Source of the DNA: Patescibacteria group bacterium
Lineage (GTDB): Bacteria > Patescibacteriota > Patescibacteriia > Magasanikbacterales > JBBTQS01
DNA: 64,000 nt
Direction: 5' to 3'
NCBI GenBank assembly: GCA_038065555.1
Contig: JBBTQS010000002.1
Coordinates: forward strand, 26,399-90,398
The notes beneath the pieces are model-generated. The model had not been told where the DNA came from, did not search any database, and worked only from the letters and a program-made list of their open reading frames with translations. Positions 30,545 to 40,261 of this stretch are shown here, in pieces. A program made the position numbers and the translations under genes. Within the stretch, counting starts at the first letter, position 1, and every line of letters starts with the position of its first letter.

Positions 30545-31966
30545 TTATTCAACCTTACGTCGGCGCAATACCGCCCACGGTGTTTTGATAAGAATCGCGA
30601 TGTCCATAAGGAGTGACCAGTTCTCAATGTAGAATGTGTCGAGTCGGATTTCATCTTCGAACGACAAGTCGCTGCGCCCAGAGATTTGGGCGAGTCCGGT
30701 GATGCCTGGACGTACATTGTGTACTTCGCGATGCTCGGGTGCGTAGCCTGCAACTTCGCGGATTTGGTGCGGGCGCGGGCCAACAAGGCTCATCGATCCG
30801 CTCAGGACATTGAAGAACTGTGGAAGTTCGTCAATGCTCCAGCGACGTAGGAATCGACCTACGCGAGTAATGCGTGGATCATCCTGGATTTTGTATAGCG
30901 GTCCTGTCTTGCTGTTCTTTGTTGCAATGAGTTCTTGTTCGTAGGCGAGTGCCTTTCGCTGGTTCTTGAATTGCGTTCCGATCGAGTAGTGTTGGTACAT
31001 GGAGCGGAATTTGAGCGTGGCAAATGTTCGGCCGTTTTCGCCCACGCGTTCGTTGCGGAAGATGATGGGGAAACCAGTTTCGATCAGCGTTGCGATGGCT
31101 GCAAGGAGCATGATTGGCGAGAAGGTCACTAAGAAAAACACCGCGCCAATAATATCCATGAGGCGCTTGAGAATTCCACCCCATCCCTCGAGTCGTGTGC
31201 GCTTGAGTTCGATGATTGGGATGCCGGCGATGGTATCAACTCCTGTTGCGCGTTGATGCATGCCGAACACATCAGGAAGGAACTTGAGTGTGAGATGGTG
31301 AAGTTGGCAGAATTGCAACACGCGCGTGGCATGTGCGCGGTCTGTGGTGTTGACGAAGAGTACTTCCGTGATGAATTGTTTTGCAACGGTGTTAGCAAGA
31401 GCAAGCGCGTTGGAGTTGGTGAGTGTGTCTACGCGCTTTACCACTGTGTAGCCGTAGCTGGGGGAGTCCTTGAGTGCTCGAGTGATGACATCAGACACTT
31501 CGGAGGCGCCAATGAGCAGAAGTCGACGGCTGCCAATCCCTGCACTCAGAAGCACGACTCGCAACAGACGCAACAGTAATCGTCCGACCAGGACAAAGAT
31601 CGTAGCAAAGAATGCGCTTGCAAGCACGAGGAATCGTGAATCAAATCGCTCTCCACTGAAGAAGATAATGAGTGCAAGCACCGCAAGTCCTGCAAAGCAC
31701 GCAGTGATCGTTCGCTTGAGCTCTTCGGAGAATTTCTTGTTTGCTTCAAATGAGTAGAGACCGTTGAGTGCAAAAAGCAGGATCCACAACGCAGCAGTAG
31801 GGATCACGATTTCGAGAAACTTCCCGAGCGTGAGAGAGAACTGCACGGGTCGCAATCCAGTAATGGGGGATGCGAATCGCAAGTACCATGCACAGACGCC
31901 GGCCAGAAGCAGGAGTAGGTAATCGAGCGGGACGCGCAGTGCAATAAGGAGGGTATCGAGTCGCAT
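30545..31966 (-). CDS. Polyprenyl-phosphate sugar phosphotransferase (WcaJ/WbaP family)
   Basis: KRLMDI, KFRSM, DPRITRVGRFLRRWSIDELPQF, MSLVGPRP, PGITGLAQI. Confidence 0.93.
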   Translation of the reverse strand: MRLDTLLIALRVPLDYLLLLLAGVCAWYLRFASPITGLRPVQFSLTLGKFLEIVIPTAALWILLFALNGLYSFEANKKFSEELKRTITACFAGLAVLALIIFFSGERFDSRFLVLASAFFATIFVLVGRLLLRLLRVVLLSAGIGSRRLLLIGASEVSDVITRALKDSPSYGYTVVKRVDTLTNSNALALANTVAKQFITEVLFVNTTDRAHATRVLQFCQLHHLTLKFLPDVFGMHQRATGVDTIAGIPIIELKRTRLEGWGGILKRLMDIIGAVFFLVTFSPIMLLAAIATLIETGFPIIFRNERVGENGRTFATLKFRSMYQHYSIGTQFKNQRKALAYEQELIATKNSKTGPLYKIQDDPRITRVGRFLRRWSIDELPQFFNVLSGSMSLVGPRPHQIREVAGYAPEHREVHNVRPGITGLAQISGRSDLSFEDEIRLDTFYIENWSLLMDIAILIKTPWAVLRRRKVE

Positions 31967-32007
31967 ACAAGATAGGCCCAGTGTACCGCGGTTAGGTATT
32001 GCTGGTC

Positions 32008-32047
32008 AAAACGCAAACCGCTCCACCCAAGAAGGGGGAGCGGTTGC
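32008..32047 (-). terminator. Terminator of rnpB
   Basis: AACCGCTCC/GGAGCGGTT stem immediately 3' of the RNA, T run on minus strand. Confidence 0.65.
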
Positions 32048-32048
32048 A

Positions 32049-32458
32049 GCCATCATACGCCGAATTCTGTCGCATCTGCACGGATGCAGACGGGGCGATC
32101 ATATATCTTGGTCTGACATTGCTGGCAGACTCTTTGCGAACGAACTTTTCGGATGTCGCAACCTTGCGGTCGGACAAACGCTGCTCTTGCACCAGGAAGG
32201 GTTTACCACGTTGTGACCCGAAGGACACAGCGAGTCGCGTAGCTGCTGAGATTTGGATATCCGGAACCTCAGAACCTCACGACACTTTTCACCTTTCACG
32301 CACGCGAACGTGCGCTAGTATTGTCTCTGTGGCACTGTCCCGCGCGACGCATCGCTGCGCCGCGGATGGGTGTTACCCACTTCCACGACATGGCCCGAAG
32401 GCCAAGGGTGTTCGGACGTTCCTCTATGCACGCGAGGTGCACAGCGATCGCCGATGGC
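32049..32458 (-). ncRNA. rnpB: RNase P RNA
   Basis: Minus strand: P1 GCCATC/GATGGC, GAGGAACGTCCGAAC (P4 5'), AGTGCCACAGAGAC, GGTAAACCC, GCAAG, ACAGAATTCGGCGTA (P4 3'). Confidence 0.95.
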
Positions 32459-32464
32459 GGACCA

Positions 32465-32493
32465 AGAGTACCATTTGGTGGCACAAATGTCAA
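32465..32493 (-). promoter_or_regulatory. rnpB promoter
   Basis: TTGACA-17-TACTCT with TG extension, just before P1. Confidence 0.75.
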
Positions 32494-32496
32494 TGG

Positions 32497-33741
32497 TTAG
32501 GCAGCTTTGCGAGAAGAGAGATCAGGGGCTTGTTCTGCGGCTGGCCGACGCATCGCAACGACGTTGTCTTTTGTCGTATCAATCGCACCGTATTCAGCAC
32601 GGAGTTTTGCAATTTCGGAAGTCATCATTTCTTTCATTACAGTGTTTGATGCTTTGAACACTTCGCTGGCGTTGAGCTTGGCTTCGCCTTCGGGGGTGAT
32701 GAGTTCGTTGGGATCTGCAAATCCCATTTCAGCAGCAGTGAAGGTGCGTCCGAAAACTCGCTTGATTGTAGGCGACGCGCCTAACGCGCCAAGGCGAATG
32801 GTGAGGAATTGTACGTCGCGCTTGAGCTTGTCTGCACGCAATTGCGCCTCGGACTTTTCGTCGTCTGTTTGTGCCGCTTCTTGTTGTGCTTTTGCTTCGG
32901 ATTCACGTGTGATTTCTGCGCGACGTTCGCGTACTTCTGCGGCGGCTTTCTTGAATTCGCCGAGGTCTACGGTGCCGTTTTCTTTGCGCGCTTCGGTTGC
33001 GAGTTGATTGGCTTTTGCTTCGAGTTCTGCGAGCTTTGCGTCGCTGGGGCCAGGTTCGCTGCTGCGTACTGGTCGATTGCGCGTGTCTGTCGCAGGTGCT
33101 TCAGTGAGTTTTTCTCCGCGCTTGAGTGCTGCGATTTCTGCTTCGAGTTCGTCGATGCGTTGCTTCTTTTCCACAGCAGCAACTCCGGCTGAAACTTCAG
33201 GTGATTTGGACTCCTTTTTTTGATCAGCAAGAAGCGCTTCTCGGGAACGCAATTGCACTTGTTCTTGCGAGCTTGCCACTGCCTCTTTTGCAGCTGCGTC
33301 AGCAGCCTTTGACTGTTCGACGTCGAAAATTTCTTTTGCGCGCTCTTGGAATTTTGCGTCTTTTTGGCTCTCGATAATCTTTGCACCTTCTTGCACGAGG
33401 GCAGCGTCTGCAGCGAGTGTCTCCTTTGTGACAGGTTGTGTACTGGTTTCGAGTGCCCGCAATTCAGCGCGCAAATCTGACCGGCGTTTGCTTTCCTGGA
33501 TGCCAGCGGGGGAGTTCATTTGCAGTTCCATGGTTTTGTCCATGGATTTGCGAATTTCAGCTTTTAATTCCGCGATGCGTTGGCTGCGCTGCTGCTCTGG
33601 GGATGGTCCTGCAGATTCTGGAGCGGGAGTATCTTCAGCGGGTTCGTGCTCTGCGCGCGCTTCTGCGTCATGTTCATCCATTTTTTCACTCATTTCTTGC
33701 GCAGAGATGACCTGAGTGGCTTCGAATGATTCTCTTCCCAT
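32497..33741 (-). CDS. Charged coiled-coil hypothetical protein
   Basis: 414-aa E/A/K-rich ORF, 9 nt after the trpS stop. Confidence 0.75.
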   Translation of the reverse strand: MGRESFEATQVISAQEMSEKMDEHDAEARAEHEPAEDTPAPESAGPSPEQQRSQRIAELKAEIRKSMDKTMELQMNSPAGIQESKRRSDLRAELRALETSTQPVTKETLAADAALVQEGAKIIESQKDAKFQERAKEIFDVEQSKAADAAAKEAVASSQEQVQLRSREALLADQKKESKSPEVSAGVAAVEKKQRIDELEAEIAALKRGEKLTEAPATDTRNRPVRSSEPGPSDAKLAELEAKANQLATEARKENGTVDLGEFKKAAAEVRERRAEITRESEAKAQQEAAQTDDEKSEAQLRADKLKRDVQFLTIRLGALGASPTIKRVFGRTFTAAEMGFADPNELITPEGEAKLNASEVFKASNTVMKEMMTSEIAKLRAEYGAIDTTKDNVVAMRRPAAEQAPDLSSRKAA

Positions 33742-33750
33742 AGATCAAGG

Positions 33751-34803
33751 TTATCGCACGCCAATACGGGTGCGGAGTTGTTGCATCGTTGCGCGGGCGA
33801 CAGTCTGTGCACGGGTAGTTGATGGTTCGAGGAGTTCCAGAATCTGCGCTGGCTTCTTGAGAAGTGCTTTGCGCTTCGCGCGGTAGTCTGCGAAGAATTC
33901 GCCGATGTGATGCGCGAGAGTTTTCTTGAGATCGCCGTAACGAATTGGTCCGTGTGCAAATTGCGTATTCACCTCCGGTGGCGCGAAGTGGTGGAGCATG
34001 GACAACAAGCTCTCCACACCACGAACGCCTCGCTGTTGCGCTGCATCCATCTTCGCGATCGCTGCCTCGTCCGCTGTCCAGCCTTTCTTCGCAGAGTAGG
34101 AGAGTGGGACGGTGCCTGTGGTCTCGGTTACTGCACGCTTGAGCTTGTCGAGAATGATATCTGGTTCGTCAGTGAGCGCGATGTAATGCTGAATACCCAA
34201 TGATTTGCTCATTTTTTTCGTTGGCTCTGCGAGACTCAAGACCTTCGGGATGTCGGTGAGCAGCGCCTTGGGTTCGCGCAATTTCGTCGAGTAACGACGG
34301 TTGAACCAGCGCACGATGTCGCGTGTGAGTTCGATGTGTTGCACCTGATCCTGACCAACAGGCACGAACGACGCGCCATAGAGAGCGATATCCGCTGCCT
34401 GTAGCACAGGGTAGTCGAACAATCCGACATTGATGTTCTGTACTTGGCGCGCGGACTTGTCTTTGTACTGCGTCATGCGCTCAAGCTCACTCATCGGTGT
34501 CACACAATTGAAATACCACGCCAGCTCCACGTGCTCCGGAACCATCGACTGAATAAAGAGTGTAGATTTTTGTGGATCCAGTCCGAGGGCGAGTAGCGAC
34601 GCCACAGCCTCGAGCGTACCCGCAAACTTCTTCTTCGGATCATAGTCCTGCGTCAGCGAGTGCAAATCTGCCACAAAGAAAAAGCAGTCGTATTTGCTAG
34701 ATTCTTGCAGCGCCACGCAGTTCTTGAGCGCGCCCAAGTAATTGCCAATGTGAATGTCGCCGGAAGGTTGGATGCCAGTGATTGCAACGGGTTTCTGTGC
34801 CAT
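33751..34803 (-). CDS. trpS: Tryptophanyl-tRNA synthetase
   Basis: GIQPSG, HIGN, YPVLQAADI, VPVGQDQVQH, KMSKS. Confidence 0.97.
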   Translation of the reverse strand: MAQKPVAITGIQPSGDIHIGNYLGALKNCVALQESSKYDCFFFVADLHSLTQDYDPKKKFAGTLEAVASLLALGLDPQKSTLFIQSMVPEHVELAWYFNCVTPMSELERMTQYKDKSARQVQNINVGLFDYPVLQAADIALYGASFVPVGQDQVQHIELTRDIVRWFNRRYSTKLREPKALLTDIPKVLSLAEPTKKMSKSLGIQHYIALTDEPDIILDKLKRAVTETTGTVPLSYSAKKGWTADEAAIAKMDAAQQRGVRGVESLLSMLHHFAPPEVNTQFAHGPIRYGDLKKTLAHHIGEFFADYRAKRKALLKKPAQILELLEPSTTRAQTVARATMQQLRTRIGVR

Positions 34804-34885
34804 AGGGGTTTTGGGCAGTATACCATGGGTATTTTGCTCAACAAAAGTGCGGGCATCAGACAGGCGCTAACCCTAGGGTGAAGTT

Positions 34886-34955
34886 AGGTCAGGAGAGTGC
34901 TCCCCCAAGTCGCACTAGCAACCGAAAGCGACTTGGGGGAGCACTCTCCTGACCT
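34886..34955 (+). repeat. Family-2 palindrome, copy 1
   Basis: Perfect 28-bp arms around the loop ACTAGCAACCGAAA. Confidence 0.95.
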
Positions 34956-35087
34956 CTCTCCATCACAGGGCCAGTGACCGCCCGATGGTCGCGCCTCTGG
35001 TGAACGAAGTCTCCTGGCACACGCCTCGCCTCGACACCGCGTATGCGATGTGTTGTGCATCTGCGCCGTGTGGTGCGCTGTTGCGAG

Positions 35088-35157
35088 AGCTTCAGACACA
35101 TTGTTCCCAACCCGCTTTCGGTTGCTAGTGCGGGTTGGGAACAATGTGTCTGAAGCT
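35088..35157 (-). repeat. Family-2 palindrome, copy 2
   Basis: Perfect 28-bp arms of different sequence around the reverse complement of the same 14-nt loop. Confidence 0.95.
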
Positions 35158-35181
35158 ACCACACCGGTGGACCAACGACGC

Positions 35182-35217
35182 AAAAACACAACACCCCCGC
35201 AAAAGCGGAGGTGTTGT
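35182..35217 (-). terminator. Terminator of rnj
   Basis: ACAACACCCCCGC-aaaa-GCGGAGGTGTTGT; T run on minus strand. Confidence 0.7.
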
Positions 35218-35228
35218 TGTGGGGTGTT

Positions 35229-37205
35229 TTAGACTTCGATCAACACCGGCAAAATCATTGGTCGGCGCTTGGTCTTGGTGTAGAGATACTCTCCCAAGTC
35301 ATCGCGCAACTTGTTCTTGATGATGTTGGCGTCAGAACGCGCTGCTTCATCGCTCTTTTCGATGAGTGTGCGTGCGCGCTTGCGGACGTCTTCGATGAGA
35401 TCTTTTTGTTCTTTGAGATGCACGAATCCGCGAGAGATAATGTCAGGATTCTGCGTGAGCTTGCCTGTTGAGTGAGACATGGTGGCGATGATCACGACCA
35501 TGCCGTCTTCAGAAAGCGCTTGGCGATCGCGCAGAACCACTGCGCCAACGTCACCAACTCCCAGTCCGTCTACGAACACGTATTCTGTGTCTACTTTGTC
35601 CTTGAGCAACACGCCCTTGCCTGTGGAATCGAATTCCATGACCTGGCCGTTGTCTGCGACAAAGATATTTTCTTCAGGCCATTTCATTGCGCGTGCTGCC
35701 TTGGCATTGTAGCGCAACATGAAGTGGTTGCCGTGGATAGGCACGAAGTACTTCGGACGAATGAGCTGAAGCATCAATTTGATGTCCTCAGTCTTTGCGT
35801 GACCACCGGAGTGGACATCCATCATGGTGTAGTTGATCACATTGGCGCCACGGCGGAAGAGTACATCCATGAGACGCTGTACACTGCGCTCGTTACCCGG
35901 AATGACCGAGGATGAGAACACGACCGTGTCGCCTGGAATGATCTTCGCGAATCGGTGTTCATTGCTTGCAATGCGCATGAGCACTGCAGACTTCTCACCC
36001 TGCGCGCCGGTGCACATGATAATGACTTTTTCCTTTGGATAATCGTCGATTTCATCAATGCCGATCATGACGCTCTTCGGTACCTCCATGTACTTGAGCA
36101 TCTTCATGATTTCGACGTTGGTCTTCATGCTGTAGCCGTCGATGGCGAGCTTCTTGCCGAGCTTGGTCGCGATCTCGATGACTTGCTGTACGCGCGAGAG
36201 CAAAGAAGCAAATGTGCCGATAATGATGCGACCTTGTGCTTTCACGAAGATTGCTTCGAGTGCTTGGCCGATCGTGTGCTCTGAGATCTGGTGTCCTTCG
36301 CAGTTTGCGTTGGTGCTGTCTGAGAGAAGCGCGAGAACACCTTTGCTGCCGATTTCTGCGAGTCGTCCGAGGTTGGCAGGTTTGTTATCCACCGGCTGGA
36401 AATCGAACTTCCAGTCGCCGGTGTGAATAATGGTTCCTGCCGCCGTGTGAATCACCACACCCATTGAGTCAGGAATATTGTGGTTGACGTGGAAGAATTC
36501 AATGCGGAAGTGTCCGAGCTGCAACGTCTCTTCAAGTGTCACTGAGCGCAAGTTGAGCTCGTAACCACCGAAATCTTCTTGGCGCTTCTTGATAATCGCG
36601 AGTGTGAGGGGGAGTCCGTATACAGGGGGATTGCCCATCTCTGGAACAATATGTGGGATACCTCCGATGTGGTCGTAGTGACCGTGCGTGATGATTACAC
36701 CACGAACATTCTTTTCTTTGCCCTTCACGTACGAAACGTTCGGGATGATGTAGTCGATACCTGGCATGTCTTCGTCAGGGAATTGGAGTCCCATGTCAAC
36801 GAAGATAATGTCGTTCTTGTATTCAATCAGTGTGCAGTTGCGGCCGACTTCCTCGAGTCCGCCAAGTACAATTACTCGAACCTTGTCTGCGCCAGAACCA
36901 AACGACTGTTCGCGCATGACCTGTGGACGTGCACCGCCAGCGCCACGAGGGTGGCGACCACCATCGTGCATTGGTTGGCGAGGGCCGCGATCGTTGCCGC
37001 GCTGTGGGAGCAATGTGCGGCGAGCTTCAATAATTTGAGGTGGAACCTCAGACGCTTCGGTTTGCATTGGACGCGCTGAAGGCGCGGGGCCACTTGCAAG
37101 ACGCTTTTGCACCGAATTACGCATCGGGCGAGCGCGCAGTCCATGCATCGGGGCGTTGCCTCGATGTCCCATTCTGCGTGGGGAAGTTCCTTCTGATGTT
37201 TGCAT
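35229..37205 (-). CDS. rnj: Ribonuclease J with long disordered R/P/G-rich N-terminus
   Basis: LGGLEEVGRN, THGHYDHIG, HTGDWK, TGAQGE, HSGGH, RRPMILP. Confidence 0.95.
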   Translation of the reverse strand: MQTSEGTSPRRMGHRGNAPMHGLRARPMRNSVQKRLASGPAPSARPMQTEASEVPPQIIEARRTLLPQRGNDRGPRQPMHDGGRHPRGAGGARPQVMREQSFGSGADKVRVIVLGGLEEVGRNCTLIEYKNDIIFVDMGLQFPDEDMPGIDYIIPNVSYVKGKEKNVRGVIITHGHYDHIGGIPHIVPEMGNPPVYGLPLTLAIIKKRQEDFGGYELNLRSVTLEETLQLGHFRIEFFHVNHNIPDSMGVVIHTAAGTIIHTGDWKFDFQPVDNKPANLGRLAEIGSKGVLALLSDSTNANCEGHQISEHTIGQALEAIFVKAQGRIIIGTFASLLSRVQQVIEIATKLGKKLAIDGYSMKTNVEIMKMLKYMEVPKSVMIGIDEIDDYPKEKVIIMCTGAQGEKSAVLMRIASNEHRFAKIIPGDTVVFSSSVIPGNERSVQRLMDVLFRRGANVINYTMMDVHSGGHAKTEDIKLMLQLIRPKYFVPIHGNHFMLRYNAKAARAMKWPEENIFVADNGQVMEFDSTGKGVLLKDKVDTEYVFVDGLGVGDVGAVVLRDRQALSEDGMVVIIATMSHSTGKLTQNPDIISRGFVHLKEQKDLIEDVRKRARTLIEKSDEAARSDANIIKNKLRDDLGEYLYTKTKRRPMILPVLIEV

Positions 37206-37248
37206 AGGAAAAAAGAGAATCGTTAAAAATAAAATGTGAACCTCTTTG

Positions 37249-37332
37249 TGCCGTGGGCGGGACTTGAACCCGCACACCACAGGTGGTACAGCGCTCTGAA
37301 CGCTGCGTGTCTACCAATTTCACCACCACGGC
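37249..37332 (-). tRNA. tRNA-Leu(CAG)
   Basis: GCCGTGG acceptor, anticodon arm CAGCG-TTCAGAG-CGCTG, long variable arm. Confidence 0.95.
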
Positions 37333-37354
37333 GATGCTCCTTGTGATTGTTGTG

Positions 37355-39199
37355 TTACTTCCACGCGCCTGATGTCTCGATATACCACGAAGTCACAGAG
37401 GTAAATCGATCAGCAGGTGTGATGAGACGTGTAGGAATCATCGTGTGCACCGATTTGCGCTGTACGTAGACGTATGACGGATTGTACAGGAAGATCGCGG
37501 GAATATCTTTGTCGAGTTGCTCCTGGAACGACTGGTATCGTTGCGCTTTCACAGTGAGGTCATCTGTTGCGCGGGCCTGATCGAGAGCGACATCAGCGCG
37601 GCCACTGCTCACGTATTGCGCAAAGTTGAGTCCGGGGTACTTCGCTTGCGACGAGTGCCAGAATGGATATGGATCCAAATCCTCTCCAAGCACCTGTCCG
37701 AAAAGAAGTACATCGTACGAACGATCTTTGAGTATCTGATCACGAAGTGCATCTGGTGCGACACGCTTGATCGTCACCATAACACCGATACGCTGCCAAT
37801 AGGTCTGCACTGCTTGGGCAGATTCGATTGCTTCTGGTGTATCTACGGTCGTGATTGCCACGGTCAGAATATCACCCTTTTTGTTTTTTCGGAAGACTTG
37901 TTGTGACGCAGGTGCGCCAAGGGTGTCGTCCTCTGTGAGCACGGTGCGACTGATCTCACTCCATCCAGCGGTGGTGAGTTCTTTGGACGCTTGTTCAACG
38001 TTGTAGCTGAGTGGATCTGTGCCAGATCGGTATCCTGGGGTTCCAGGAGGCATCGGGCCAGAGAGCGCGGTGCCCTTGTTGAGCAATACGCGGTTGACGA
38101 TCTCTTGCTTGTTCACAGCGAGTGCAAGCGCACGACGTACACCAACCGATTGCGCCGCAGTGAACTGTGTTGTGTTGAAGAACAACGCAGTGTATTGCGG
38201 CAAGGGGAGCGTGTGCACGTCTACACTACGCTTTTGCACATCATCTACGCGCGATCGAGGGACGAAATGAATGCCATCAATCTGCTGATTGGTGAATGCG
38301 ACGAGCGTAGACTCGATATCTGGGAAGTATGCAAATGAAAGGGTTTCGATGAACGGTGCGCTGCGATGATACTGCGTGTTGCGCGTGAGACTATATCGAA
38401 GGATCGAACCAGTGCGGCTCTTGGTCAGCGCATTGAACATAAATGGACCTGCACCAATAGGATGCAAATTAGCATCTGCAAGGCGCATGGACTGAGGCGC
38501 AACGTCTTTCCACACATGTCGTGGCAAAATACCCGTGGTCAGCAAATACGGAAACGCTGGATAGTTGCGATTGACGGTGAATACAACGGTGCGGTCGTCG
38601 GATTTGCGCGCACTGACTCCTTGCCACCCTGAGCGCTGTGGAGAACCTGCAGTGCCGTCCTGTATGCGCTCAACAGTGAAGATAACATCGTCAGCTGTGA
38701 TGGGTTCTCCATCATGCCAACGCAAGTGCTCACGCAATGTCACGGTATAAGTTGCGCTGCTCGTAGTCACATGGAACTGCTCTGCAAGATCAGGTTCGAG
38801 TGTTCCATCTGCATTGGTAGCGAGCAGTCCTGCAAAGATGAGACGAGACAGATCTCGATCCGCGTCAGTTGTGGCAAACAGCGGATTCACAAAGCGTGGC
38901 GATCCTACAACACCCTCGGTGTATTCACCGCCGACTGCCGGGACAATGATCCGATGCGTACGCGCATATCCAAGAAATGCGAGGACGCATCCAATCACCA
39001 GAATCGAACAGCCAGCAGCCCACATCCAGAATTCACGTCGCGTCATGAAGCGAAAGAAGTAGCGAAATTGAGCCCGCGTGGGTATGCGGGTACGGGCTGC
39101 ACTTGCAACCAATTGTCGATCATGACGTCTCAGGCGTGCAAGGCGCACAGCCATGGCGCCAGTACGAGCGCGCGAGCGCAAAAAGCGCATACGGTGCAA
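37355..39199 (-). CDS. Peptide ABC transporter substrate-binding protein (SBP family 5), TM-anchored
   Basis: GGEYTEGVVGSPRFVNP, PDLA, WHDGEPITADDVIFT, PIGAGPF, DPYPFWHSSQ; start uncertain (39199 or 39190). Confidence 0.88.
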   Translation of the reverse strand: MHRMRFLRSRARTGAMAVRLARLRRHDRQLVASAARTRIPTRAQFRYFFRFMTRREFWMWAAGCSILVIGCVLAFLGYARTHRIIVPAVGGEYTEGVVGSPRFVNPLFATTDADRDLSRLIFAGLLATNADGTLEPDLAEQFHVTTSSATYTVTLREHLRWHDGEPITADDVIFTVERIQDGTAGSPQRSGWQGVSARKSDDRTVVFTVNRNYPAFPYLLTTGILPRHVWKDVAPQSMRLADANLHPIGAGPFMFNALTKSRTGSILRYSLTRNTQYHRSAPFIETLSFAYFPDIESTLVAFTNQQIDGIHFVPRSRVDDVQKRSVDVHTLPLPQYTALFFNTTQFTAAQSVGVRRALALAVNKQEIVNRVLLNKGTALSGPMPPGTPGYRSGTDPLSYNVEQASKELTTAGWSEISRTVLTEDDTLGAPASQQVFRKNKKGDILTVAITTVDTPEAIESAQAVQTYWQRIGVMVTIKRVAPDALRDQILKDRSYDVLLFGQVLGEDLDPYPFWHSSQAKYPGLNFAQYVSSGRADVALDQARATDDLTVKAQRYQSFQEQLDKDIPAIFLYNPSYVYVQRKSVHTMIPTRLITPADRFTSVTSWYIETSGAWK

Positions 39200-39202
39200 C
39201 CA

Positions 39203-39415
39203 TTAAGCAACGAGCAAGTGGAGCGTTGTCGTTCCGAAGAAGAGAACCGCAAACACAATCGTTGCGTAGAAAATGCTTTTTTCAATACCACGCTTGGTGC
39301 TGTATACCGCACCGGAGCCACCAAAAGCGCTTCCAAGGCCGGAGCCCTTTTGCTGTACAAGAATGCACGCAATGAGTCCAATAGCGAATAACCACTCTAA
39401 AATCTGGAAAGTCAT
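39203..39415 (-). CDS. secG: Preprotein translocase subunit SecG
   Basis: ILVQQKGSGLGSAFGGS...TKRGIEK, two TMs. Confidence 0.9.
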   Translation of the reverse strand: MTFQILEWLFAIGLIACILVQQKGSGLGSAFGGSGAVYSTKRGIEKSIFYATIVFAVLFFGTTTLHLLVA

Positions 39416-39523
39416 ACAGGAATTCAGTGGGCTCACTATACCAATGAGAGGCAAAATCGTCAAGAACTGCCGCCAGATTCGCATCTATGGTATAATCTGC
39501 TCGTTCTCTTTTCTTTGTATACT

Positions 39524-40261
39524 ATGGAGGAATCTGGAGGGGTAGCGAAGCACGGGATTCATCGTCATCCGTGGCATTGGGTGGCGTTGGCTCTTGTTAT
39601 TTTGATCGCCATTCTCTTTTTTGTGGTTAGCTTCTTGCGCTCGTATGCGCAAATTGTCCGTGCGCAGCGTGATGGAGTGTCTACTGGTCTTGTAACGAAG
39701 GCTCCACAGAGTACACAAAAAGCTGCAGAGACATTTGGTCCACAACGTCAGGTGTCAGAAGGGGATTTCGCCGCACTTGGACCCGCTGATGCAAAAGTAA
39801 CGATTGTTGAATTCGGCGATTTTGAATGTCCATACTGTGGTCGCAGCTATCCGATCGTGCGATGGATCAAGGAGCGCTACGGCGATCGTGTGCGTCTCGT
39901 CTATCGCCATTTTCCGATTGCCACGATCCATCCCAACGCCGCCTATGCTGCCGAAGCATCAGAATGTGCGCGCGAACAAGGGAAATTCTGGGAATATCAT
40001 GATGCGCTCTATGAGCATCAGGACGCGCTGAGCAAGAATGATCTGGTGAGTTACGCAGCACTTGTCCGACTCGATGTACCCAAGTTCCAGGAGTGTATTG
40101 CCAGTGGCCGCATGCAGCCGCGTGTGCGAGCTGACGTGCAAGCTGCGCTGCAAGCAGGCGTGACTGGTACTCCGACATTTTTCATTAATGGACATCGTTG
40201 GGAAGGATTTGTTTCGCAGCAGCAATGGGAGCAAATTCTTGAGAACTTGTTGAACGTATGA
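39524..40261 (+). CDS. dsbA: Membrane-anchored DsbA-family oxidoreductase
   Basis: EFGDFECPYC, RHFP, GKFWEYHDAL, GVTGTPTFFING. Confidence 0.9.
   Translation: MEESGGVAKHGIHRHPWHWVALALVILIAILFFVVSFLRSYAQIVRAQRDGVSTGLVTKAPQSTQKAAETFGPQRQVSEGDFAALGPADAKVTIVEFGDFECPYCGRSYPIVRWIKERYGDRVRLVYRHFPIATIHPNAAYAAEASECAREQGKFWEYHDALYEHQDALSKNDLVSYAALVRLDVPKFQECIASGRMQPRVRADVQAALQAGVTGTPTFFINGHRWEGFVSQQQWEQILENLLNV

Noticed and set aside
31999-32649. 216-aa + strand ORF
   Set aside because: Overlaps RNase P RNA antisense; no protein-like features
34833-35008. DGR-type adenine mutagenesis (10 of 21 mismatches are at A)
   Set aside because: The repeat is inverted and non-coding, many non-A changes occur, and no RT is in the window; drift of an AT-rich copy toward GC explains it
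34804-35228. T-box leader for trpS
   Set aside because: No T-box consensus; an extended -10 (TGgTATACT) lies just before the trpS ATG
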